Positions 48,654-58,006 of a stretch of DNA of 64,000 bases are shown piece after piece. The position numbers and the translations under genes are program-made. The notes under the pieces are model-generated. The model had not been told where the DNA came from and searched no databases. It worked only from the letters and a program-made list of their open reading frames with translations. The stretch is from Bacteroidales bacterium (GTDB lineage Bacteria; Bacteroidota; Bacteroidia; Bacteroidales; F082), in assembly GCA_045648285.1 (NCBI GenBank), contig JAZRNQ010000170.1:1450-65449 (forward strand), in the 5' to 3' direction. How positions within the stretch are numbered: position 1 is the stretch's first letter; each line of letters opens with the position of its first letter.

Positions 48654-50248
48654 GCAACTTTTTTAACTTCAATTATTTTCTTTATCAACGCTTCACACCA
48701 TACTCGTGCAATGGTAACTTCTACAGCATTGCCGATATACTTCTTCTGCTCTGCCTGAGTTCCGACAAGAACATAATCTTCAGGAAAGCCCATTATCTTT
48801 TTAAGTTCAATAATCTTCAGCATTCTCATCTTTATGTCTATGATTCCATACATAGCCATAAACTCCTTTATCTTTGCCGTCATTGGACTATCTGTGGAAT
48901 ATACTTCAATAGCAGCTTCCCCATTTTCAGTAGCAATAAGATAAGGCGGCATTTTATCCATTCTTGCTATAAGAGTGAAGCAAGGTTTTTCAATTGAACC
49001 ACCTTTAGACTTGTACTGAGGATTCATCAGATAATGTCGATGAACAGTGACAAGATTGAATTTGGGTGTGGTAGTTACAGTATTGGCAGGTGATTCTATA
49101 TCGCTTGGAGTCCCGTTGCCGTATTGCATATCCATAAAATATTCCGGTTGGATCAGCGAAAGACGGTCCTTTGTGGTCAATGTTGGAGAGGGATTGTCGC
49201 AAGAATGGTTATGACCATTGCCATAATACGCAGATACGAACGCATGATGATCTATAGTTGTGATTGTTCCTGCAGGACCTTCTATAGAATGGTTCTTGCT
49301 GTCTGGATGTCCTGAATACTGCTTTGACAGAAATGTCACTTTCGCCATTCCCAATCTGTTCTGTGTCGCCACAACAGGTGAAGGTTCGTCAATGCTCGGT
49401 GCTTGGTACTTGCCATTCTTATTCATAGAATTCCATTTGACAAGAAATGCGTCCTTACCGCCTGCCACAAACTTAATCAGACCTGCATAGATACGTTCCA
49501 ATGTTGCTTCTACCAAAGGTTTCTTGCGTCCGAAGATTGATTCGCCCTCGTCTTCAAGATCCAGACATTCCTTTACAGGTTTCCATTTTTCCAAAGAACC
49601 GAAAATGGTGTCTGAACCAGTCTTGCAATGCGTAGCTTCCGGGAATACGATAGGAAGTCCGTGTTTGGCGAATATTCCAAAGAAACGAGTCCTCGATGTG
49701 TATGCGCCATAATTGGCAGCGTTGAGGATTCTCCAGTCAAAATCATAACCATAACTCTTTACATTGTTGACCCATCGCATATAGCAACGACCTTTATCCT
49801 TCGATATAGGTTTGCCTTTTTCGTCAATATCTCCCCACGACATAAATTCCTCTACATTTTCAATTTGAATATAGTGTGGATTTATAGCTTCAATATATCT
49901 GAACAGATGTTCGGCAAGAGTCCTGCTGTCAGCATCACGAGGTTGTCCGCCTTTCGCCTTGCTGAAATTGGTACATTCCAACGAAGCCCACAGCACTATG
50001 ACAGCATTCGGATTCTGTTCCTTGCATTTCTCGATGTGTGCAACCAACGGAGACAGTTCCAATGTGCGTATGTCTTCTGTAAAGTGCAACGCATCGGGAT
50101 GATTGGCAGCATGAGATGCAATGGCGTTTTTGTCGTGGTTCACGCAAGCAATAACCTTTGCGCATTGCTCACCGTTGAATCTCGCTGAGTTGACACCTGT
50201 AGAAGTACCGCCAGCACCGCAGAATAAATCTATGTATAGTAAATTCAT
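48650..50248 (-). CDS. DNA (cytosine-5)-methyltransferase
   Basis: Motif I DLFCGAGG, a catalytic Cys context SLECTNFSKAKGG, motif VI IQIENVEEF, and a C-terminal YIGNAVEV. Confidence 0.8.
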   Translation of the reverse strand: MNLLYIDLFCGAGGTSTGVNSARFNGEQCAKVIACVNHDKNAIASHAANHPDALHFTEDIRTLELSPLVAHIEKCKEQNPNAVIVLWASLECTNFSKAKGGQPRDADSRTLAEHLFRYIEAINPHYIQIENVEEFMSWGDIDEKGKPISKDKGRCYMRWVNNVKSYGYDFDWRILNAANYGAYTSRTRFFGIFAKHGLPIVFPEATHCKTGSDTIFGSLEKWKPVKECLDLEDEGESIFGRKKPLVEATLERIYAGLIKFVAGGKDAFLVKWNSMNKNGKYQAPSIDEPSPVVATQNRLGMAKVTFLSKQYSGHPDSKNHSIEGPAGTITTIDHHAFVSAYYGNGHNHSCDNPSPTLTTKDRLSLIQPEYFMDMQYGNGTPSDIESPANTVTTTPKFNLVTVHRHYLMNPQYKSKGGSIEKPCFTLIARMDKMPPYLIATENGEAAIEVYSTDSPMTAKIKEFMAMYGIIDIKMRMLKIIELKKIMGFPEDYVLVGTQAEQKKYIGNAVEVTIARVWCEALIKKIIEVKKVA

Positions 50249-50255
50249 GTTCTTT

Positions 50256-50642
50256 TTAATTTTTAGAGGAAATTTTCCGATTATTTCCGCTGATTTCTCT
50301 TAATATGCTTTTTTGTCTTTTCGACTTTTTACAAAGTTCTTTGACTTCTTTAAGTGTCATGTTTTTCTTTACACATTCAATGATTTTATCCCTGCCTAAT
50401 TTCTTATAGTATGGTATCCATTCTTCAAGGACGAGGTCGGCAGGTTCTCCTGGTTCTATGGCTTTCTTGACACCATCGCCGACATAGTAAGGACTATCGG
50501 GGTCGCTTAACTCGAATATCGTCGCACCTTGCTTGTTGACAATCTTGTAACTTTTACCACCGATTGTGAGCCCACCATAATAACGGGCTACTGAAAATTG
50601 AGAGTTTGCCCAATACTCTTCTGTCATTATTACTGCGTTCAT
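50256..50642 (-). CDS. Hypothetical phage protein
   Basis: 128-aa ORF, co-directional. Confidence 0.45.
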   Translation of the reverse strand: MNAVIMTEEYWANSQFSVARYYGGLTIGGKSYKIVNKQGATIFELSDPDSPYYVGDGVKKAIEPGEPADLVLEEWIPYYKKLGRDKIIECVKKNMTLKEVKELCKKSKRQKSILREISGNNRKISSKN

Positions 50643-50974
50643 TGTTCTTTGGATTTGGATTTGAATTTGAATACTACGTTTGCTTCATACATCTTGCAGA
50701 ATTCCCTCATTCGACCGCTTTTGGTGTAACACTCATCGAAGCGGTCGCAACTCTCACATTTGTTTGGCACGGATGGCGACATCTTTTTGAGGGTCCATTT
50801 GGTTAGTTCTTCTTCCTTTGTTGTTTTTACATAATTTTTACATTGTTTTGATTCTTTTATGTATTTCGGTTCTACCCACAATAACACCATATCAGGTGGG
50901 TTAGGAAGGTATCTTTTGCAACTCTGGCGTATCTCACATGTCACGCCACTGCAATAGCTGTAATCTCTGTTCAT
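50639..50974 (-). CDS. Cys-rich hypothetical protein
   Basis: 111 aa with several CxxC-like spacings (YCSGVTCEIRQSCKRY, CESCDRFDEC). Confidence 0.45.
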   Translation of the reverse strand: MNRDYSYCSGVTCEIRQSCKRYLPNPPDMVLLWVEPKYIKESKQCKNYVKTTKEEELTKWTLKKMSPSVPNKCESCDRFDECYTKSGRMREFCKMYEANVVFKFKSKSKEQ

Positions 50975-50975
50975 A

Positions 50976-51140
50976 TCAAAATAATCCTGGTTGTTTTGGG
51001 TTAAAATATGCTTCTATCATATCATCTACTCGTTTTTCCAAAGCCTTGCTTTTTCTTAAAGAGTCATGACTTCTCGTGCGGAAATATTCTTTCTGTGCTT
51101 CTCGCATTGCTTTAACTGCTGTAATGATTTCTTTTTCCAT
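50976..51140 (-). CDS. Small ORF (54 aa)
   Basis: MEKEIITAVKAMREAQKEYFRTRSHDSLRKSKALEKRVDDMIEAYFNPKQPGLF. It fills the gap between flanking genes. Not in the track (under 60 aa). Confidence 0.4.
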   Translation of the reverse strand: MEKEIITAVKAMREAQKEYFRTRSHDSLRKSKALEKRVDDMIEAYFNPKQPGLF

Positions 51141-51150
51141 AGCTTGATTT

Positions 51151-51963
51151 TTAGAATAATAGATTCTCTTCTTTTTTAAAGTTGCTGATTAATACTTCTG
51201 TTTTGATGGTTGTTTTAGCGTTACCAAAGTTGGCAAGCATTAAAGGCATGTCTATTTCCCTCTTATGCCAATCGTTAAGAGATACATAAGAGTCTAATAA
51301 TTGGGAATTGTAATTTGATAAGATAAATTTGCCTTTTATATCCTGCAGAATAATGAGAAGATCCTCCAGATTTTCTAAACTATATCCTTTATAATGCTTC
51401 TGATCTGCACCAGGATACGGAGGGTCAAGGTAAAAGAAAGTGTCTTTACTATCCCTGCTTTTGATAACATCTAAAGCCTCTCTGCATGATATCTGAACAT
51501 CTTGAAGTCTCTGTTTGAGATAAACATTGAATTCTTCACGTTTGTGTCTAATCACAACACCTGTATGGGATCCGGCAGAACCATTGCACCATTTCCAACC
51601 GCCCATTGGCGAGCCATTGAATGACATGTTGATTAATACCCAGACAGACCATGCTATTTCAATATCTGTAGCTTCAATATTACCGTAATATATCTTGTGG
51701 GCTCTTCGATATTCAGATTCAGAACAGAGTGTACATTGCACCATATCATTTAATTCCTCGAAATGATTCTGTATGGCTCTGTAGAAAGTGACAAGTCTGT
51801 CATTCTTATCATTGATTACCTCAAGATAACTTTTGGGTTTTGCGAAAAATACAGCACCACCACCGAAGAAAGGTTCACAATAGATCCTATGCTTCGGCAT
51901 CATTTCAATGATAGTTTTCGCCATCTTCTGCTTTCCACCGTAATATGTTAGAGGTGTTTTCAT
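51151..51963 (-). CDS. Dam-type DNA adenine methyltransferase (MethyltransfD12 family)
   Basis: LTYYGGKQKMAKTIIEMMP...EPFFGGGAVFF...FFYLDPPYPG. Confidence 0.8.
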   Translation of the reverse strand: MKTPLTYYGGKQKMAKTIIEMMPKHRIYCEPFFGGGAVFFAKPKSYLEVINDKNDRLVTFYRAIQNHFEELNDMVQCTLCSESEYRRAHKIYYGNIEATDIEIAWSVWVLINMSFNGSPMGGWKWCNGSAGSHTGVVIRHKREEFNVYLKQRLQDVQISCREALDVIKSRDSKDTFFYLDPPYPGADQKHYKGYSLENLEDLLIILQDIKGKFILSNYNSQLLDSYVSLNDWHKREIDMPLMLANFGNAKTTIKTEVLISNFKKEENLLF

Positions 51964-51970
51964 ATTGCTT

Positions 51971-52639
51971 TTATTTTCGATAACTTCCGTCGTTAAACAC
52001 TATCTTTTCTATCATCTCTCTAAATCTGTCAGTTATTCTCTCGCCATACTTGTCTTTGAATTCTTCGGGTGTGAGATTTGTTGTAATGAATGTCGTTAGC
52101 TGTTTGTCATACCGATATTCTATAAGGTCAATAACCGGATTACATACATTGCCGTAATCAAGCACTTCTTTAGGTTCTTTGCCCATGTCGTCTATTCCGA
52201 GATATGGTGTTTTTTTGTACACCTCCATCATCTGATAATCCTTACAGTTAGCGATGATATCTTTTACGTCGATGATACTAATTGCAATCTTCTCTTCCTT
52301 ATCGCTTCTGACTTCGTATTTCAGCTTAAGGAAATTGGTCGCCGATTGTATCGCATTCAGAAGTGACGTTTTACCGTTACCACAAGTTCCTGCCAGCATC
52401 AAACCGAACTTCTTTGGAGCGACCAGATGTCTGGCTATTCTTGAGATATTATTGCGAGTATTGCTGTCATCAATATAAACTCTGTTTCGGCTTTCGACCT
52501 CAGCCATGTAAGCGGCAAGCAATAAATCCTCTGCCTGTTGCTGTGTCAACGGCCATTTAAAATACGCCCTCGAAGTCTTTTGATGTAGTAGCTGTAACTT
52601 CACTGCCTCTACGTTTATCTTTATATCCTTGTCTATCAT
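51971..52639 (-). CDS. DnaC/IstB-like AAA+ helicase loader
   Basis: Walker A LAGTCGNGKTSLL and Walker B YLGIDDMG. The start is uncertain (83-nt overlap with the upstream gene). Confidence 0.65.
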   Translation of the reverse strand: MIDKDIKINVEAVKLQLLHQKTSRAYFKWPLTQQQAEDLLLAAYMAEVESRNRVYIDDSNTRNNISRIARHLVAPKKFGLMLAGTCGNGKTSLLNAIQSATNFLKLKYEVRSDKEEKIAISIIDVKDIIANCKDYQMMEVYKKTPYLGIDDMGKEPKEVLDYGNVCNPVIDLIEYRYDKQLTTFITTNLTPEEFKDKYGERITDRFREMIEKIVFNDGSYRK

Positions 52640-53339
52640 TGTTTCCCCTTTCTTTATAAAATCTCAACCATGAATTAAAATGTGATTTTGCGTCTTTAAT
52701 ATTGGCGTGTCCCATTTCCTTGCCATCTGCAATACATTGTGATTTGAACTCCTTGCCAAGGAGCAGCTTTAATTTTCCTTTATCCATATCGTGAAGCACC
52801 TGCAGCTGATCAAGCCAATATTCCTCATTCATAAGCTGGCTGATTTCTTCGTCAAGGGTTACAGGCTGCACTGACAATATTGGATTCTCTTCATGGAATG
52901 GCTGTTGCATAGCAGTTTCTCTTGGTCCCGAGGTATTGTCGTCTGTATCTACTAAAAGATAATCTTTGGGAATAGCAAAACCTTTACGTCTTGACTTGGA
53001 ACACATCTCCATGTAGCGAAGCTGTATTGATGCCGAGGTTATAACTCCTTTTTCAAGCAACTCTTTGTTGAACAAACCGACATTACCGCAGTGTTCAATG
53101 ATATTCGCGACAATCTTTTCATCAATGTCGAAGTATTCAGCCACGTCAAAGAGAATGTTAGTATCGAATTCCAGATAACATCCCTTGTCACGATACACCT
53201 CGCACAGAAGGTAATCATATACGGCAATACCGTTGCAACCGAATGCCTTTTTCAATCGCTTGATTTTCCTGTCCTGATACCTATCTGTATCAACAGAGTA
53301 GAAAGAGAATCCTGTTTTTGTGTAAGCTGCCATATCCAT
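52557..53339 (-). CDS. Replication initiation-type protein (DUF4373/Lin1244-like N-terminal domain)
   Basis: FSFYSVDTDRYQDRKIKRLKKAFGCNGIAVYDYLLCEVYRDKGCYLEFD...VAEYFDIDE. Pattern recalled from the DUF4373 family. Sits upstream of the loader. Confidence 0.5.
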   Translation of the reverse strand: MDMAAYTKTGFSFYSVDTDRYQDRKIKRLKKAFGCNGIAVYDYLLCEVYRDKGCYLEFDTNILFDVAEYFDIDEKIVANIIEHCGNVGLFNKELLEKGVITSASIQLRYMEMCSKSRRKGFAIPKDYLLVDTDDNTSGPRETAMQQPFHEENPILSVQPVTLDEEISQLMNEEYWLDQLQVLHDMDKGKLKLLLGKEFKSQCIADGKEMGHANIKDAKSHFNSWLRFYKERGNNDRQGYKDKRRGSEVTATTSKDFEGVF

Positions 53340-53342
53340 TAG

Positions 53343-53759
53343 TTATTGATCGTTCAAATATTCCGTTATCACTTTTATAAATTCGTCAAGCGACCTGCAT
53401 ACAACGTATTTGTATTCGCCTTTTGCGGTAACTATCTTTTCCCATTGTTTCTGAACCGGTTGCTGATATTTGCCTGGAGCCTTCATTTCGATGAGCAACG
53501 CTCCGTAACGTTTGTTCTTTACAAGCAGGATAAGGTCCGAGACACCAGCTACCACGCCTTCATCTTTCATGTCGCTGGCCGTCTTGGGATTTCTGAATCC
53601 TCCGTTCGGCACAGCGAACAGTCTTCCTTTCAGTTCGGGATAGTGGTCTGAGAACCACTGCACACATTTACATTGTATGCAGTGTTCCTCATTGCCTTGT
53701 GGTTTCTTGACATCTTTGGCATGCAGTGCCCTGTATTCGTCAATCGTCAGCATTGCCAT
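53343..53759 (-). CDS. VRR-NUC domain nuclease
   Basis: LFAVPNGGFRNPKTASDMKDEGVVAGVSDLILL...ALLIEMKAPG (D...ExK core). Confidence 0.75.
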   Translation of the reverse strand: MAMLTIDEYRALHAKDVKKPQGNEEHCIQCKCVQWFSDHYPELKGRLFAVPNGGFRNPKTASDMKDEGVVAGVSDLILLVKNKRYGALLIEMKAPGKYQQPVQKQWEKIVTAKGEYKYVVCRSLDEFIKVITEYLNDQ

Positions 53760-54030
53760 TGTTCATCTGCCTTTTTAACTCTTTGGATAAAATAAGCTTT
53801 ACTGAACGTCTGGCAGGCATTTCCATTGAATGACCTGCAGAGATATTGCGAACTTTCTTCGCTTTTCTTATCACTTGTCTGAAGGTTGCAAATCCTCTGA
53901 GGTAGATGCTCTCGCCTTTGACAATAGATTCTTCAAAAACCGCAATTACAGCTTCAACTGCCAGTGTCGCTTCTCTGCTTGTAAGTTCTGTTTTTCTGAC
54001 CACTTGGTCGATGATGTCTTGTCTTTTCAT
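53740..54030 (-). CDS. HU-family DNA-binding protein
   Basis: 96 aa. LRGFATFRQVIRKAKKVRNISAGHSMEMPARRSVKL is the arm region typical of HU/IHF. Confidence 0.75.
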   Translation of the reverse strand: MKRQDIIDQVVRKTELTSREATLAVEAVIAVFEESIVKGESIYLRGFATFRQVIRKAKKVRNISAGHSMEMPARRSVKLILSKELKRQMNNGNADD

Positions 54031-54033
54031 AGC

Positions 54034-54630
54034 TTAAATATTTAATGGGTTGAAATAATAGTCAGCATATACATCAATGAACTGCTGGCCTGCATATTCA
54101 GCAAGCTCATTATTTTTGAAGGCGAGCCGAGAACCGCTGCTCGTGTTCGCGTGCGAAGAAGCGTAGCTCGCGCTCGCACAAACGAGACCGCAGTACGCAA
54201 ACGCATTGTAACCCCCACGACCAACGACCCGGCTGGGAGAATCATAGATGTTATTATCAAACTCTTCTTTTGTACATAATCTGAAATACGGATACCAACG
54301 TCTCTCGTCCTGAGTAAATTCAGGTCGCCAGCCTTCATTAAGTGCTTCTGCGATAATACGGAGTTTGCAATATGCTAACAAATCGCAACTAACAGTATTA
54401 TGGTTATTATACTCATATTCATCAACCAACATTTTTGCATGGTTATCTCCATTATCTATTCTTTCATGCAATTCAACCAAAGCATCATCAAATGTTTTTA
54501 TTCGATTTCGTATGTCTAATTGCTTGAACATATCACTGCCAAACATATGTTCAAGCAATTCTTTTTGTTCTCTATTGGCACTTTTATATGCACTAAAAAC
54601 TGTTTCTTTTTTAATTTCTATGTTATTCAT
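54034..54630 (-). CDS. Hypothetical phage protein
   Basis: 198-aa ORF, co-directional. Confidence 0.45.
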   Translation of the reverse strand: MNNIEIKKETVFSAYKSANREQKELLEHMFGSDMFKQLDIRNRIKTFDDALVELHERIDNGDNHAKMLVDEYEYNNHNTVSCDLLAYCKLRIIAEALNEGWRPEFTQDERRWYPYFRLCTKEEFDNNIYDSPSRVVGRGGYNAFAYCGLVCASASYASSHANTSSGSRLAFKNNELAEYAGQQFIDVYADYYFNPLNI

Positions 54631-54634
54631 GATT

Positions 54635-56104
54635 TTAAAAATTAATTGGTTTAAGTAATATGTGATGTGATTCTACAAACTGATCTATAAGCTCTTCAAA
54701 ATACATCTCATCTGTAGGGATGTCGTCATCCGAGTTCATTATCTCGTTGGCTATGGACTTCTTCTTATGTATGAGGCTATATATGGTCCTGTCTATTGTG
54801 TCGTTTCCGAGCAGGTAATAGCAAGTAACATTGTCTTTTTGTCCTATGCGGTGCGCTCTGTCTTCGCACTGGCAGCAATCTGCATATGTCCATGGAAGCT
54901 CCAGGAAAGCCACCGATGAAGATGATGTAAGGGTCAGTCCGACACCAGCGGCCTTGATGGAACAGATGATTAACATACATTCAGGATTGTTTTGAAACGC
55001 ATCGACTGAATTTTGTTTGCTTATGGCGGTGTCACGTCCTGTTACCGTCACCGCTTTAGGGAATGCCTTCTGCAACATGTCAACCACTTCGTGCAATGCG
55101 CAGAACACAATGAGTTTCTTTCCGTTAGCCAAATGGTTTTTAATGAAGTCTATTGCTTGTCTTACCTTGCCTTTCGTCGCCAGCGAGCGCAAGGTCATAA
55201 ACTTTACAAGAGCTTCCATTCTCATCTTGCGACGTATGTCCCTGTCGGTGCATTCTGTATATTGGCGAAGATATTCCGCAAGGTCGTTGACGGCAAGACT
55301 GTATTCCTCTTCATTGGAAATCTCGACATACAGGTCTATTCTCGTCTTGTCGGGAAGCTGTGGCAGAACCTTGGACTTCTCACGTCTGATCATGCAGTTG
55401 TCATAAAGTCTTTTTGACAATTCAGACAACGGCACGGCTGGCTGAGCGTTCTTGTCTTTAGGGTCTGTACAGAAGTCAGCGACGAATTGGCTGTATCCTC
55501 CGAAGTCTTTAAGCCTGTTCATGATGGAAAGCTGAGCGACCAAATCGTCAGGACGGTTCACTACAGGAGTACCCGACAGCATTATCACATACTCTTTTCC
55601 GACTGATATTCCTTTCGCGAAAATGGTCTGCTGTGCGCCTGCATCTTTAACTCTGTGGCTTTCGTCAATGATGATAGACTTGAATACTCTGATGAAGTCT
55701 GAGAAAACGACATCTTTCAATCTGAATGTCTTGCCTTGGCTCTTGATGTCCCATACAAAATACTTTTTCAAGCTCTCGTAGTTGACTATCGCCACATGAT
55801 GAACACCCATCTTCATAAGGTATCCGAATGTCGCCTTGGTATTGTTGTTTAACACCAAAGCCGACTTATCCGTAAACTTCTCGAACTCCCTCTGCCAGTT
55901 AATCTTCAACGAAGAAGGACATATCACAAGGCATGGATAAGCATTCGCAGTATCGACAATTCCGATAGATTGCAATGTCTTGCCAAGTCCCGGTTCGTCG
56001 CCTATGATGAGACGCTTCTTGTCAAGACCGTACAAGATGCCTTCCTGCTGATACTGATATGGCTCTACTTTAAGATTATGTTTAAGAGTGCTGTTCATTT
56101 TCAA
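54635..56104 (-). CDS. SNF2-family helicase
   Basis: Motif I DEPGLGKTLQ, motif II DESHRVKD, LSGTPVVNRPDDL, and motif VI QCEDRAHRIGQ. Confidence 0.85.
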   Translation of the reverse strand: MKMNSTLKHNLKVEPYQYQQEGILYGLDKKRLIIGDEPGLGKTLQSIGIVDTANAYPCLVICPSSLKINWQREFEKFTDKSALVLNNNTKATFGYLMKMGVHHVAIVNYESLKKYFVWDIKSQGKTFRLKDVVFSDFIRVFKSIIIDESHRVKDAGAQQTIFAKGISVGKEYVIMLSGTPVVNRPDDLVAQLSIMNRLKDFGGYSQFVADFCTDPKDKNAQPAVPLSELSKRLYDNCMIRREKSKVLPQLPDKTRIDLYVEISNEEEYSLAVNDLAEYLRQYTECTDRDIRRKMRMEALVKFMTLRSLATKGKVRQAIDFIKNHLANGKKLIVFCALHEVVDMLQKAFPKAVTVTGRDTAISKQNSVDAFQNNPECMLIICSIKAAGVGLTLTSSSSVAFLELPWTYADCCQCEDRAHRIGQKDNVTCYYLLGNDTIDRTIYSLIHKKKSIANEIMNSDDDIPTDEMYFEELIDQFVESHHILLKPINF

Positions 56105-56775
56105 TTGTTTTTAGGAGTTAAAAGCCACCATCTGAATGCGAGTTCCTCATACTTCTCACGACCTCTGCTGTAGTTCTCGTCACCTCGATTAAAGAACTTC
56201 TTAAATATTTTGAAATTCTTCTTCGATATAGCGTAGATGAAATCCTTGTCGCTTCCAGCTATATCCATATACCATGCACGAGAACGGTCCCAATCGAAGA
56301 AGTCTATTGCATTCTCAAACTCTTCCACTGTAGTGGCGAATGTGGTCTTGAGGTCACCTCCGAATCCGAATGACGGCATCCACCAGTCCCATTTGCAGCG
56401 TGTATCTAATGTGAACTCGAAGTCGCAATATGAGAATCGCTGAGCATGGTTTATCATTATCTTCTGCGTGTCTGATGTTTCCAGTACTTTGGCAAGGAAA
56501 GGATCCTTCTTCGCTTCCATACGCAATGCCCTGTTCATTTCCTTACCCCAAGCGAATTCCTCATCGGTGTACTGCACATCATCAACCTTATAGAGACAAT
56601 AATCCACACGTTCAGGTTCTGTCACGATGGCATCAACCAAGCTGCCGAGACGGAACGCCTTCTCCTTGTCGCCGAACTGCATACGAGGATAAAGCATGTT
56701 CTTGAGTTCGGTGAGGTCAGAGTTGCTGACCTCACTTCTCTCGTAGTAATTCGTAGGATTATTTATGGCATTCAT
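56101..56775 (-). CDS. PD-(D/E)XK nuclease-like protein (DUF3799-type, putative recombination exonuclease)
   Basis: GSLVDAIVTEP ... GGDLKTT. Positioned near the RecT-like gene. Confidence 0.5.
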   Translation of the reverse strand: MNAINNPTNYYERSEVSNSDLTELKNMLYPRMQFGDKEKAFRLGSLVDAIVTEPERVDYCLYKVDDVQYTDEEFAWGKEMNRALRMEAKKDPFLAKVLETSDTQKIMINHAQRFSYCDFEFTLDTRCKWDWWMPSFGFGGDLKTTFATTVEEFENAIDFFDWDRSRAWYMDIAGSDKDFIYAISKKNFKIFKKFFNRGDENYSRGREKYEELAFRWWLLTPKNN

Positions 56776-56778
56776 GGG

Positions 56779-57987
56779 TTACTTGGCTTTTACATCGTCA
56801 ACGTATATTATATTCTTGTCTTCAATGAAGACATCTTCTTTGGCGAGTTTCTCACAGAATGTGATCTGCTTCTTGAATATCTTGCACAGCTCTTCCAGTT
56901 CAAGATTCACACCTTCTCTTGTGAACCACATATTGATGATAGGCACTATGCCGTTGGCATTGATAATCTTAATCTTCTTTGAAACCTTGACCGATGTCTT
57001 CGCTACAGGCTGAGCGGCCTCCGCCATGGCAAACAGACTGTTCATCTCGTTCATCTGCTGAGCGGCCTCCGCCTTCTGCTGTTGTTCAAGTTCTCTCGCC
57101 TTGCGTTCATCTTCCATTTTAGCGGCTTCTTTGACATTGTTGGTCTCCATTGCTTCCTTTATAAGAACTGCTTCCTCTGGACTAGACTTCGCTATCTTTT
57201 CAAGATTCATCTTCTTGGATGGAAGACGCTCCTGAACATATACTTTTGTAGATTCAATCTCATAGAGATACTGTTCACTGAATTCCTTATAAAGCTCTTT
57301 CTTGACGTCGATTTCAATCTGTTTTAACTCGTCAATGTTAATTGGTATATTAGTTGGATTTTTTATAGTGTGTTTTAGATTCTTGTACCATTCCAATGGA
57401 AGTTCAGTCTGGAAGTCGTCAATGAAATCATAAGTTCTCTGATAGTTTTCAAGAGTCACATTATTATCTAATTCCATCAAGGTCTTACAGCTGCTGTTAA
57501 TAGCTTCACTGACCAATCGTCTGTAATCATCTTTGACGGATTGGATATAATTGTTCTTGACAGCTATTATTCGCTGACGTTCCTCCTCTTCCTTTCTTAG
57601 GCGTTCAGCTGCTTCAAACTTCTGTTTTGCGTATGCGTTGCGCAATGCCTGAAGACGGAAAGGAAGTGAGCCTGTTTTGGTTTTGTCGATGTCGTTTTCA
57701 AGTGCAGTGAAAACCTTCTTAATGTCATCAAACAATCTGGTGACAGGAGTTCTCGTATCGTTGATTTTTTTAAGAGTAGTTCCGACTCTCACGAGATAAT
57801 CAGCCACCTGTGCGTCGAGTTCATCGTTCAATCCGCCGTTCTCTTCTATTTTCTTCAAGAGTGCGTTGCCGAATTCGAGACATTTGTCGTGAGAGATCTT
57901 TCCGGTCTCGTATGCCTTAGGCGCAGATTGAACTATCGCCTGTATGTTTTCCTGCTTTACTAATGCTGTTGATTCTTGTGTTGCCAT
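56779..57987 (-). CDS. Hypothetical coiled-coil phage protein
   Basis: 402-aa ORF between the RecT-like and nuclease genes. Confidence 0.45.
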   Translation of the reverse strand: MATQESTALVKQENIQAIVQSAPKAYETGKISHDKCLEFGNALLKKIEENGGLNDELDAQVADYLVRVGTTLKKINDTRTPVTRLFDDIKKVFTALENDIDKTKTGSLPFRLQALRNAYAKQKFEAAERLRKEEEERQRIIAVKNNYIQSVKDDYRRLVSEAINSSCKTLMELDNNVTLENYQRTYDFIDDFQTELPLEWYKNLKHTIKNPTNIPINIDELKQIEIDVKKELYKEFSEQYLYEIESTKVYVQERLPSKKMNLEKIAKSSPEEAVLIKEAMETNNVKEAAKMEDERKARELEQQQKAEAAQQMNEMNSLFAMAEAAQPVAKTSVKVSKKIKIINANGIVPIINMWFTREGVNLELEELCKIFKKQITFCEKLAKEDVFIEDKNIIYVDDVKAK

Positions 57988-58006
57988 GACTTTTACTTTT
58001 TAAGTG

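Noticed and set aside
55013-55417. Two overlapping plus-strand ORFs of about 130 aa
   Set aside because: They are antisense to the SNF2 helicase gene, which has all its canonical motifs.
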